64,000 bases of DNA from positions 62,001-126,000 of the IMG/VR virus record IMGVR_UViG_3300007513_000004, one strand, 5' to 3'. Numbering within the stretch: position 1 is the stretch's first letter; every line of letters begins with the position of its first letter. The position numbers were made by a program, and so were the translations under genes. Shown here piece by piece: positions 36,057-44,876 of the stretch. The notes beneath the pieces were generated by a model. That model ran no database searches. It saw only the letters and a program-made list of their open reading frames with translations, and had not been told where the DNA came from.

Positions 36057-39000
36057 TTATTCTCTAATAAAATTTATGATTCTTAAGAAAGAAAGCTTTC
36101 TTAATTCTCTTTTTCTGTCAAAATTATGTGAAGACGTTTTTACAATCATTTCGTTCATAAGCAGCAACAACCTGCTGGCTCGGGAAAGCTTTCCAAGCTC
36201 TCGCATTATTGGTCCAAATGTTGAATTAAATCTTTTCTTTGGAACTATTTTGGTTTTGATCTCTGAGTTCAAATACCTCATAATACTAACCGGATCATAA
36301 AAATCCGGAACATCAATACCCGAAAGCTCTGCTTGAACTACCCCAGATAGCTCCTTAAGTTTTTCAATCTTTTCAGGTGTCGGATTCCATGTGGAATCTT
36401 TTTTGACGGGCGCTATATTAGTCTTGTTTTGTGCCGGAGTTAAACTAAAGTCATATTGATCATTTTGGCCCGAAAGTTTTTGCGCCGCTGATCGCAAAAC
36501 CGCAATAGATTCATCATTTGCAGGAACCTCATATACAGTCTCCAAATGTTTTTCGTCATACCCCGCAGTGCCTATTTTATTGGAAACATAAAGATCTTTA
36601 TCAATGCTTCTCGATGTAGCTACCAACTCCGGTATATTCTTATATAGTTTTGTGGCTTTTTCTACATTTTGTATACTAGCATAAAATGGAGCATTCTTTA
36701 ATATATAAATATATTTATGGTCTAATTTTTTTGCAACCTCAATTGTATTAATAATAACAAGATATGGATAAACTTTTGATATTATATCAAAATGCTTTCT
36801 TGCATCCTTAGCCTGTGGGGAAGCCTCCAAAGGAAAATGCTCTTCGGGATCAAAATCATTAATTACATGTTCTTTGAAAAATACATTTATAATTGTTTTC
36901 TCCAATTCTTCCCCGCCAGTTCTAAAATGCTCATCGCCATGTACTTCCCGATAATTAGATATATGATCGTTCCACTGTTCAGAAAAGTTAGATTTTTCCA
37001 ACCAAGCCTTTGCTGCATCTACGTCTAAATGCTGCAAAATCATATTATTTAACTGGGTATACTCTTTGCCTGTAACCCCACCATCGTCATCTCGTAGGTT
37101 TCCAAGAAATATTCTATCATAGACTACTGGATAATCGCTTTGGTATTGTTCAATGACCAGCGTTTCTTCCGGAAAGTCCTCCGGACCCTCTTCGCCTTCT
37201 TTCGTTTTCTTTTGCAAATTTATTATTGGTCTAAAAATATCTGCCAGTATCTTGACTAGCCACTCAGGCTGATTTGCTACCTTCCATGCCTTTATAACAT
37301 CAAAATTCTTTAAAACTATATAAATCAAACCTCCAATTTTATAGTCTGGTACGCCAATCTCTCTGTCTATCATTTTAACAATATAGCTTATATCGTTATC
37401 TGCAAGCCCCGCCTCCACAGGCTCATACCCCATTGGGTTTTCCATGCTTCCAACTATTGGAGCTTGTAATAGTCTATGAAAAGTATCTGTTGCAGCTTCA
37501 TCTGCCAAGTAATCTTTTACGCCCTTTTCTTTTAAGATATTTAAAATTTCTTCATTTTTATCGTCCTTTGATAGCTGCCAAAAATATTGCTTTAAATCCT
37601 CAACAGCCTCTAAGATTTTTAAATTGCTAGAATGATCAGTGGTGGAGATATCTCCCTCGTGTTTACTTATAGACCCATGCACTGTAGCCAATGCCCAAGC
37701 AGACGTAAACCCACTTGCTCCAACATTTGTATGTTGAACTCCATCTCCGGCATGAATTAACTTTTTATTTATATTATAAAGAAGATCGGTTGGATTTGTA
37801 TTATTTTGAGATATAGTAAATCTTTCATGACCCTCCCACTCATCTGGTCGCTGATCATCTTGATACATAGACCTATTTATTTTTATATGATTTGGCAAAT
37901 CGCCTCTTACCAAAGAGCTGGCTGCTCCATTAAAATGGTTTAAGGCTTCTTCTTTATTTTCTATTTGTCTTAATGAAGATATATTTTTGTATTTTATATC
38001 TGGATATAATTTAGATACTTCGTATTTATCAAAATTTGCAGAATCTATGAGTGCAAAATTTTCTGCAACTTTTTTAATAAATTCTGGAAATTTATCCTTT
38101 AAAGAATAATCATTAGAATCCTTCATATATTTAAAAAGTTTTGCCGCGCTCAATGGGGGGCTCCCGGCAGATGTTTCCAAATAATTTGAATCTATTCCTG
38201 CATTTTTTCCATATATAAATCTTTTTAATAAATATTCTTCATCTTCTAGAGATAATTCTACATTATAATTCTTTATAACATTATAAAAGCTATATATCTT
38301 TCCGCTCTTAAGAAGCGCCTCTAGAGCCGTCTCTATAAACTCTGGATATAAATTTGCTATCAATAGATTTTTATCATGCTCGTGCTCTTTCTCCTCTATC
38401 TTAGCCTTAAGCTCTTCGTCCTGAAGGCCTTCGCTAAACTGTTCATTAATCATTATGTGATAATAAGAATTACTCTCTCCACTTAATTGTCTTGTAAAAA
38501 AGAATAACGGATCTTTTTCGGCCAAGCTATAAGCAAATGATGATATTATTTCATCAACTTTGTTTTCATCACCATCATCAGATGCGCCCCTCAATATACT
38601 GGGTAAGTTATTTCTGAAAAAACTATCCGGCTTATCGGCCTTTTCCAAATCTACCCTTTTTTGTTTATTTAAAAATGCCAATAAAGCTTTGGGATATTTT
38701 GCAGCAATTCCTTCTTCTGTAGATCTGCCAAGGTCTTCAAGGAAGGCCATGATGGCCATTGCGCTTTTTTCGCCCTCTGAATCTAAATCATCAAGATGCC
38801 ATTTAAAATAATCAAACAGTCTTTCTGCCCTCTTCATACGTATAACAACGCCCGACTCAAGATGCGAACTGGCTTGGGACTTGTACTTAGATAACGCAAC
38901 CTCTATAAACTCTGGGAATTTCGTATGAAAGTCTTTTGTGAAATATTCCAAAGGTTTAAATTCAATATATTTTAACAGATTATTTCTTGCAACTTCTGGA

Positions 39001-40409
39001 AAGTGATCATGCAACCTAGAGCTAGATTCAAAAAATTGTTTAATATTATTTCTTGCATAAAATTCTGCCAGCTGCTTTACCATAGGATGATCTATATATT
39101 CTTCAAATCTTCCCGTTACGTCGATGCCATAGGCGGCTCTTATTCCAAATAATTTTTCTACAATATCCTTAAAGCGCCCAGACTTATCGGGATCTGGATC
39201 ATAATCTGGATCTGCAAAAGCAGCTCTAAGGCTGCCAGCCTCTTCAAGCAGCTTGTTCATAGCATAATCTCTTATTGATTTACCGCTTACTTCTTGCTGA
39301 ATCCCAACTGCCTCCATGGCGTCAGACCATACATCCGATGTTAAAAAGTATTCAGAACCAGAACCATGCGCTCCAGCTTCAGAAGGATCTTTGTTCATCT
39401 GACTGTCTATGGCGTTCGCTATGTTCTCTCTATGGTTTATGCTTTCATTATAAAATACTTCTGGCCTATCTTTACCTTTAAAGTACATTGCATGAAAATA
39501 TGAAGCAGGATCTTCTTTGGCTAAGGCGCTAATGGCTATATTAAAAGCTTCAGCATCATACGCGACAGTTCTTGATTCTACGAATCTCTTTGGATCTTTT
39601 TTTGCCCACCCCCTAAGCGCATTTATCGTCTCTTCCGGATATGCTTCTATATATTTTCCAGCCCCTCCCCCTCCTGAGCCAACCCAATCAATAGAAGATT
39701 GCATGAATGGCCTTGCTGCCTCCGGATTGCTCCTCCATCCATCATGCTCCATGAGTATATTGTAAGCTGTGGATCCATATTTCGGCTCTTTACCTTCCAG
39801 TCCATCAATTATATCTCCAATTATGGCTCGCTCTTCCTCCGGAAAGCTAATTTCATTTACCATTTCCGATTCAGCATCTGTCTTTCCTTTGCTTCTTTTT
39901 TTGAGATAAAAATAATTGGACGGCGTTGCTTTTAACAAAGAAAGCATAAGCGGCTCAAGGGCTTCAGGGTTTGTTTTGTGAAAATTATGTCCAAAATAAT
40001 TAAACGTATCGCCGGAATTAATTAAAATATTTACTATATCCTGTGCAACCTCTGGAACCTTTTCATTAATTTTATATTTAAGGATCGTATACAAAGCAGA
40101 GCCGTTGGGACTCTCTTCTCGTAATTTCAAAAGCCTTTTGGCTGCGGCCAGACCAAGATCCGGATATAGCTGATAAGCAGGAGTTCCACCAGACATAGGG
40201 TTTGTAAAAAATGTCCCCAATGTATAAACGCTTCCTGGATCATAGCCTCCTATGTCTATAGGAGAATTTGGATCAAGCTTTGCTTCGGCCCACTCACGAG
40301 TCCAATCCTCGGCAAACTTTCTTAATATATTAAGGCCCGATACATCGATATTACTTTTAAAAAGAATATCGAGCATTTTCTTTGATCTATTGTTAATAGA
40401 GTGAGACAT
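36057..40409 (-). CDS. 1450-aa helical-repeat protein with short tags at both ends and a VIEQYQSD domain
   Basis: N-terminal ...LNILRKFA; repeats DP..FF...H..FPE; C-terminal SRASRLLLLMNEMIVKTS...RKRELRKLS. Confidence 0.75.
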   Translation of the reverse strand: MSHSINNRSKKMLDILFKSNIDVSGLNILRKFAEDWTREWAEAKLDPNSPIDIGGYDPGSVYTLGTFFTNPMSGGTPAYQLYPDLGLAAAKRLLKLREESPNGSALYTILKYKINEKVPEVAQDIVNILINSGDTFNYFGHNFHKTNPEALEPLMLSLLKATPSNYFYLKKRSKGKTDAESEMVNEISFPEEERAIIGDIIDGLEGKEPKYGSTAYNILMEHDGWRSNPEAARPFMQSSIDWVGSGGGGAGKYIEAYPEETINALRGWAKKDPKRFVESRTVAYDAEAFNIAISALAKEDPASYFHAMYFKGKDRPEVFYNESINHRENIANAIDSQMNKDPSEAGAHGSGSEYFLTSDVWSDAMEAVGIQQEVSGKSIRDYAMNKLLEEAGSLRAAFADPDYDPDPDKSGRFKDIVEKLFGIRAAYGIDVTGRFEEYIDHPMVKQLAEFYARNNIKQFFESSSRLHDHFPEVARNNLLKYIEFKPLEYFTKDFHTKFPEFIEVALSKYKSQASSHLESGVVIRMKRAERLFDYFKWHLDDLDSEGEKSAMAIMAFLEDLGRSTEEGIAAKYPKALLAFLNKQKRVDLEKADKPDSFFRNNLPSILRGASDDGDENKVDEIISSFAYSLAEKDPLFFFTRQLSGESNSYYHIMINEQFSEGLQDEELKAKIEEKEHEHDKNLLIANLYPEFIETALEALLKSGKIYSFYNVIKNYNVELSLEDEEYLLKRFIYGKNAGIDSNYLETSAGSPPLSAAKLFKYMKDSNDYSLKDKFPEFIKKVAENFALIDSANFDKYEVSKLYPDIKYKNISSLRQIENKEEALNHFNGAASSLVRGDLPNHIKINRSMYQDDQRPDEWEGHERFTISQNNTNPTDLLYNINKKLIHAGDGVQHTNVGASGFTSAWALATVHGSISKHEGDISTTDHSSNLKILEAVEDLKQYFWQLSKDDKNEEILNILKEKGVKDYLADEAATDTFHRLLQAPIVGSMENPMGYEPVEAGLADNDISYIVKMIDREIGVPDYKIGGLIYIVLKNFDVIKAWKVANQPEWLVKILADIFRPIINLQKKTKEGEEGPEDFPEETLVIEQYQSDYPVVYDRIFLGNLRDDDGGVTGKEYTQLNNMILQHLDVDAAKAWLEKSNFSEQWNDHISNYREVHGDEHFRTGGEELEKTIINVFFKEHVINDFDPEEHFPLEASPQAKDARKHFDIISKVYPYLVIINTIEVAKKLDHKYIYILKNAPFYASIQNVEKATKLYKNIPELVATSRSIDKDLYVSNKIGTAGYDEKHLETVYEVPANDESIAVLRSAAQKLSGQNDQYDFSLTPAQNKTNIAPVKKDSTWNPTPEKIEKLKELSGVVQAELSGIDVPDFYDPVSIMRYLNSEIKTKIVPKKRFNSTFGPIMRELGKLSRASRLLLLMNEMIVKTSSHNFDRKRELRKLSFLRIINFIRE

Positions 40410-40505
40410 TAAACAAACCTATTTACCTTCTAACTACGTTTGAAAATTAGTAAGGTTACTTAAATAGGGATTATACTTTTTAAAAGTACAAATAAAGTTA
40501 TAATG

Positions 40506-41147
40506 TTATAAGGTAACGCCTCTATACAAACTAAACTCTACAATAGGCTGACAACTAAGGGTAGCAGCTCCGCTATTACTGGCCGTCACGTCTACGCTGA
40601 TAATAAAGGCTATCCATTCAGCCATTGTAGTAGGCACTCTAAGGCTTATCTGCCTCTCAACTGGAGCTTGAGTAGCACCGCTTGAGGGTACAGGATCGAA
40701 TGCGCCTATCTGTATGTCTTTAATTAAAACAGAATATTTAGCAACATCAACAGATCCTACAAATGGTGTTACCACCTCCTCTAAGAAAAGCGGAGACCAA
40801 TGCTTTGATTCCGGATTTGCAAAAGTAGGCGGAAGCTCTACGAAATCAACCATATTAGAATATATAACTTTAATCTCTAAATCCTGAGCAAGCACAATCG
40901 GGCTTGAAGCAAAGTAACCGCCCCAAGCAGATGCATCTCCAAAATTATCTAAACAAGTTATGTTCAAAACTACTTCATCAAACTCGCTTACATTAATGGG
41001 TGCTGTTGTAGAATAATCACCAACCCCCCATCCTGCTGCTGCGTTTCCGGGAGAGCCTATTGTCATTGATCCATGAGTATTGTCAAACTTTTGTACAGGC
41101 ACTTTTATACCAGCAGCGCTACCTCTGCTGCTTGGAATTCGACTCAT
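40506..41147 (-). CDS. Hypothetical (possibly virion) protein
   Basis: GGAGG RBS, beta-rich composition. Confidence 0.6.
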   Translation of the reverse strand: MSRIPSSRGSAAGIKVPVQKFDNTHGSMTIGSPGNAAAGWGVGDYSTTAPINVSEFDEVVLNITCLDNFGDASAWGGYFASSPIVLAQDLEIKVIYSNMVDFVELPPTFANPESKHWSPLFLEEVVTPFVGSVDVAKYSVLIKDIQIGAFDPVPSSGATQAPVERQISLRVPTTMAEWIAFIISVDVTASNSGAATLSCQPIVEFSLYRGVTL

Positions 41148-41887
41148 CTAAACCTCCTTGCGGTTATCCTTATTCTCAAAATCGACCTTCCACCAGTGGC
41201 GGGTCCGCCAATAGCTGGATGCCAAAGTTTCCAAACAATGCCCATCCCAAGATCTCCGGTATTATGAGGGTCTGAACCGCGAACATACGGAATTGGCGTA
41301 GAAAAATTTTCTTGAAAGAATGGAGTACGAGTCCCGGCGACCGCCACACCTGCTGCGCCCGGGGTGACAGATTCTGAAAATCCAGGATATAATGTATCCG
41401 ATTCATAAAAAAGATCTGTAGGCATTGGGCCATGGAAAGGGTCTGGATAATCTAAAACTTCTTCGGGCGACAACGGGGGAGAGGCCTCTCCTATAACATT
41501 AAAATTAAATTTCCCAATAAATATTTTCATATGCTTAAAAGAACTTTCTGTAACACTTCCAGACAAAATTCCTCCCGAAGGAGGGTTCGTATGTATGTCT
41601 CCAAGCCAAGCCATTATAGACAATAACTCGCCTTCATTTCCAAGATTTTCCAAATCAAAGTTTAAAGGCCTAGCGGGTCCACCCGAGCCTACGGCAGGAA
41701 ATGAATAATCCAGGTCTCTAAGCCATCCCTGGTTTGGATACGGAGCAAGGTCATGCAACGCTCCCCACCCTGAGATTGGGCCTACAGAGCTATTATAATC
41801 GGTAAGCTTATGTCCTGCACCACCAGGTGAATAATTCGTGTCTATAAAAAACTCTTGCATAACTATTGGCGGAAAATTAAGGTTCAT
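41144..41887 (-). CDS. Hypothetical Pro/Gly-rich (possibly virion) protein
   Basis: 247-aa ORF with GGAG RBS; ATGA overlap with the next gene. Confidence 0.6.
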   Translation of the reverse strand: MNLNFPPIVMQEFFIDTNYSPGGAGHKLTDYNSSVGPISGWGALHDLAPYPNQGWLRDLDYSFPAVGSGGPARPLNFDLENLGNEGELLSIMAWLGDIHTNPPSGGILSGSVTESSFKHMKIFIGKFNFNVIGEASPPLSPEEVLDYPDPFHGPMPTDLFYESDTLYPGFSESVTPGAAGVAVAGTRTPFFQENFSTPIPYVRGSDPHNTGDLGMGIVWKLWHPAIGGPATGGRSILRIRITARRFR

Positions 41888-41952
41888 TGTATCTCCAAGC
41901 TAACAATATTCATAATATTATTAGAAATTACTTCGTTCATCTAAATGTATGA

Positions 41953-42558
41953 TTATAACCATATGACATCTTTAAAATTCCACATAGGTTTAAAAAAATT
42001 TTCAATTTTCTTTTTATCATCATCTGTAATAACCCCATCGGGTGCTAGAACTATCTTATCATTACCCTTTGGAGCAGGCTTGCCCTCCGGTCGAGAAGGT
42101 GACTTCGTTTTTTCTCGCCACTCTTCATCACTATCATTAACAGGAACATACCCAACGGCAATAAGGTTATGGCCCTGCGGAATATGCTTCACATCTTCTT
42201 CTTCGTCTTCTGGATCCACAGTAGTTTTGGCGCTTGGTACGATTATAACATCCCAGCCCATATCGTCAGCAGGATTATTTACCTCTGTAAACTCTCCATA
42301 GTGAAAAGGCATCTTCTTGCGAAGTTTTTGTCCAAACCTTTTTTTGCTGCCCTTTGGATTGTCTAGAAATATAAATTTACCCGGATTTTCATCCAGGTAT
42401 TCCAAAACACTATCAATGCCCTCTACGTCTATCTCCTCGGTAGGATAATCTATTCCGGGCATAGAGCATATTTTTATAATGCGTTTTATTTTAAGTGCAT
42501 CATTAGAAAGGCCAAGTTTCTTAAGCTGTTTAACAAGAAGCTTTAACCTTGAAATCAC
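41953..42558 (-). CDS. Tagged inorganic pyrophosphatase-like protein
   Basis: Tag MISRLKLLVKQLKKLGLSNDALKIKRIIKICS; NPKGS, MPFHYGEF, ADDMGWDVII, NDKIVL, IENFF as in family I PPase. Confidence 0.7.
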   Translation of the reverse strand: MISRLKLLVKQLKKLGLSNDALKIKRIIKICSMPGIDYPTEEIDVEGIDSVLEYLDENPGKFIFLDNPKGSKKRFGQKLRKKMPFHYGEFTEVNNPADDMGWDVIIVPSAKTTVDPEDEEEDVKHIPQGHNLIAVGYVPVNDSDEEWREKTKSPSRPEGKPAPKGNDKIVLAPDGVITDDDKKKIENFFKPMWNFKDVIWL

Positions 42559-44012
42559 TTTCTAAATCTCCGCATCTTGCCGCTTGGAATGCCGCCGGGC
42601 GTTAATGATTTTACTGTAACATGAAAATGATCTGTCTCTCTAAGAATATCAACTGTAGCCATCTTTTGAGCTTCAAACAAAACCTCTTTGATATTACTCC
42701 CAAGCCTAATATCAAGAGACTTGCCTCCCCTATGACCAGTTTTGGGCCAAGATTCTGCAATTACTTTTTCTGCAGCTTTTCTTTTACCCTCTGCCTCTGC
42801 AGACCCCGAAAAAATAGATACAATCTCACTAATTCTTGGAAACTTTCTATATAGACTTGAAAGATACTTGTTAGCCCTGTTGCTGCCTACCCCTCTTCTT
42901 TTGTAATTGTTATACATAATCCTTGCTTGATCATAAGGGCCTCTATAAGCGCTTGTTATTTTAACCTTTGCATTCATTTGACTGGCAGCATTATTAATTA
43001 TCTTCAGAAGCTCATGCAACATAGGAGAGCCTCCATCAACATCTACCCGGCTGCTTGTAAACTGTACATGAGTTAAGCTATCAGATAATTCGGATGAACA
43101 ATTTGGAGAACAACTTCTTTGCCACTCTCGACCCCCAAGCCTCTCCTGCCTCTGCATCCTTCGATGTTCTCGCCTAGATTCTACAGGAAATGGTTTGGGA
43201 TTTGAAATAAGAGTAGATAGCGTTGCCTTATCAACAATGCCGGTTGTTGGCAATTTATTTTCCTGCTGAAACCTAACAACCGCATCTGCCGTTATATCTC
43301 CAAACTTTCCATCAACACCGTAGCTTCCCAGGTTATATCCTAACCCTTCGAGTCTTTGTTGAATATAAGCTACTTGATCACGATTTTCATGATCCTTTGT
43401 TATATTAAGGTTTGGATCGATATCCATGGTTTCTTTTACTACAGTAGGATCTTTTCTCTCAAAAACCTCTGAAGACTTTAAATATTCACTGTTGTATTTT
43501 GATGATTTTTCAACTAAATCTTGAATAAAAAATTTAAAATACGCTGGATCTTCCTCTTTGTTGTTAATAACTGTTTCTATTTCTAATTTTATTGCATTTG
43601 AACTAAAGTTTTTATCTTGCAATTTATCACTAGATAATATTCTTAAAATTTCATAAGAAGTTTCTGGTCCTACTTTGGATCGAAACTCTCTAATAGATAC
43701 TGTCAAATCAGATGCTGCAACATTAAGATTTGCAACTTTATAAAGACCGCCAATACTATCGGCTCTATCCTTCGAGCCCAAAGAACCTATATTTGTGTCG
43801 GCATTCATACTATAGCCCATTTCTATAAGTTTTTTTTCAACGATAGGCGAAGGCGTGGCAGCTAGAACCCACCTTCTTCTTTCTTCATCCGAACGTAATT
43901 CGTCCAAAGAGGTCAAACCCATGTCTGCCATCATAGTTTCCAAATACTTTCTTCTTTCAGATTTTCTTGGATTTCCGAAGTCTTTTATTATTTTGAATTT
44001 TCTTTTGGGCAT
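42555..44012 (-). CDS. PG-binding domain + peptidase M15-like cell-wall hydrolase
   Basis: IQQRLEGLGY...DGKFGDITADAVVRFQ; ITSAYRGPYDQ, H-x6-D (GHRGGKSLD), DHFHV. Confidence 0.8.
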   Translation of the reverse strand: MPKRKFKIIKDFGNPRKSERRKYLETMMADMGLTSLDELRSDEERRRWVLAATPSPIVEKKLIEMGYSMNADTNIGSLGSKDRADSIGGLYKVANLNVAASDLTVSIREFRSKVGPETSYEILRILSSDKLQDKNFSSNAIKLEIETVINNKEEDPAYFKFFIQDLVEKSSKYNSEYLKSSEVFERKDPTVVKETMDIDPNLNITKDHENRDQVAYIQQRLEGLGYNLGSYGVDGKFGDITADAVVRFQQENKLPTTGIVDKATLSTLISNPKPFPVESRREHRRMQRQERLGGREWQRSCSPNCSSELSDSLTHVQFTSSRVDVDGGSPMLHELLKIINNAASQMNAKVKITSAYRGPYDQARIMYNNYKRRGVGSNRANKYLSSLYRKFPRISEIVSIFSGSAEAEGKRKAAEKVIAESWPKTGHRGGKSLDIRLGSNIKEVLFEAQKMATVDILRETDHFHVTVKSLTPGGIPSGKMRRFRK

Positions 44013-44289
44013 CTCTATCTTTCTTCTCGATTTTTCTTAACCAGTCAATTATATTTCTAAATATCTTATTACATAAATTATCATTATTATCATTTAAATT
44101 AGCTGTTCTTCTATATCTTTTAAACTCATCTAATATATGTCTAATTTCGTTTCTGAGCCTCAAAACCTCTTTGCCTCTTCTTCTCGGATCTTCTATATCA
44201 AATGCGGCTCTCCATCTCTTGTCCAATGCAAACAAGGCCAGCTGCAAATCTCTTTCTGTTTTGATTTTTGATAATTCTATTTTTTTCAT
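43957..44289 (-). CDS. Basic hypothetical protein
   Basis: 110-aa ORF overlapping the start of the next gene. Confidence 0.5.
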   Translation of the reverse strand: MKKIELSKIKTERDLQLALFALDKRWRAAFDIEDPRRRGKEVLRLRNEIRHILDEFKRYRRTANLNDNNDNLCNKIFRNIIDWLRKIEKKDRDAQKKIQNNKRLRKSKKI

Positions 44290-44399
44290 TACAGACTCGC
44301 TTATTGTTTATGCTGAACATTTAAAAACTATAGATCCTCACCAATTATTAATATAATATTACCTGATGTAGCCAGTATAATCTTTCTAAAGAGGGTCGC

Positions 44400-44876
44400 A
44401 TGTTAAAAGAAAATGTTATACGAAATTTTGACAACGGAACAATCGAATACGATGATCTTGTTAAACGAATAGAAAAATTAACCTTAGAAGGTTATGATGT
44501 ATTTATAGGAACCGATTCTCAAGTTATAAAAACAAAGCTATCTATTGTAACGTGCGTATGTCTTTATAAAAACGGAACAGGTAAATCTCAAATATTTTAT
44601 GTAAAGAACAGATTGCCTGCAAAGAATTATCCCACACTAAGATCCAGAATGCTCTTTGAAGCTTATAAGAGCCTGGAGGCAGCCCTTGACGTTGATCCCT
44701 ATGCTGCGGGTCGGCTAACCGTCCATCTCGATATAGGATCAGATTTTAAGAAATGCAAGACTGCCAAGTTCAAAAAAGAACTGCAAATACTTGTGCGATC
44801 TCAAGGGTTTGGCTGTGAAGTTAAGCCAAACAGTTGGGCCAGCAGCGCCGTAGCTGATAGGTTTACGAAAACCTAA
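44400..44876 (+). CDS. YkuK-like RNase H-fold protein
   Basis: VFIGTDSQ, RMLFEAYKS, VHLDIG, KPNSWASSAVADR. Confidence 0.85.
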   Translation: MLKENVIRNFDNGTIEYDDLVKRIEKLTLEGYDVFIGTDSQVIKTKLSIVTCVCLYKNGTGKSQIFYVKNRLPAKNYPTLRSRMLFEAYKSLEAALDVDPYAAGRLTVHLDIGSDFKKCKTAKFKKELQILVRSQGFGCEVKPNSWASSAVADRFTKT

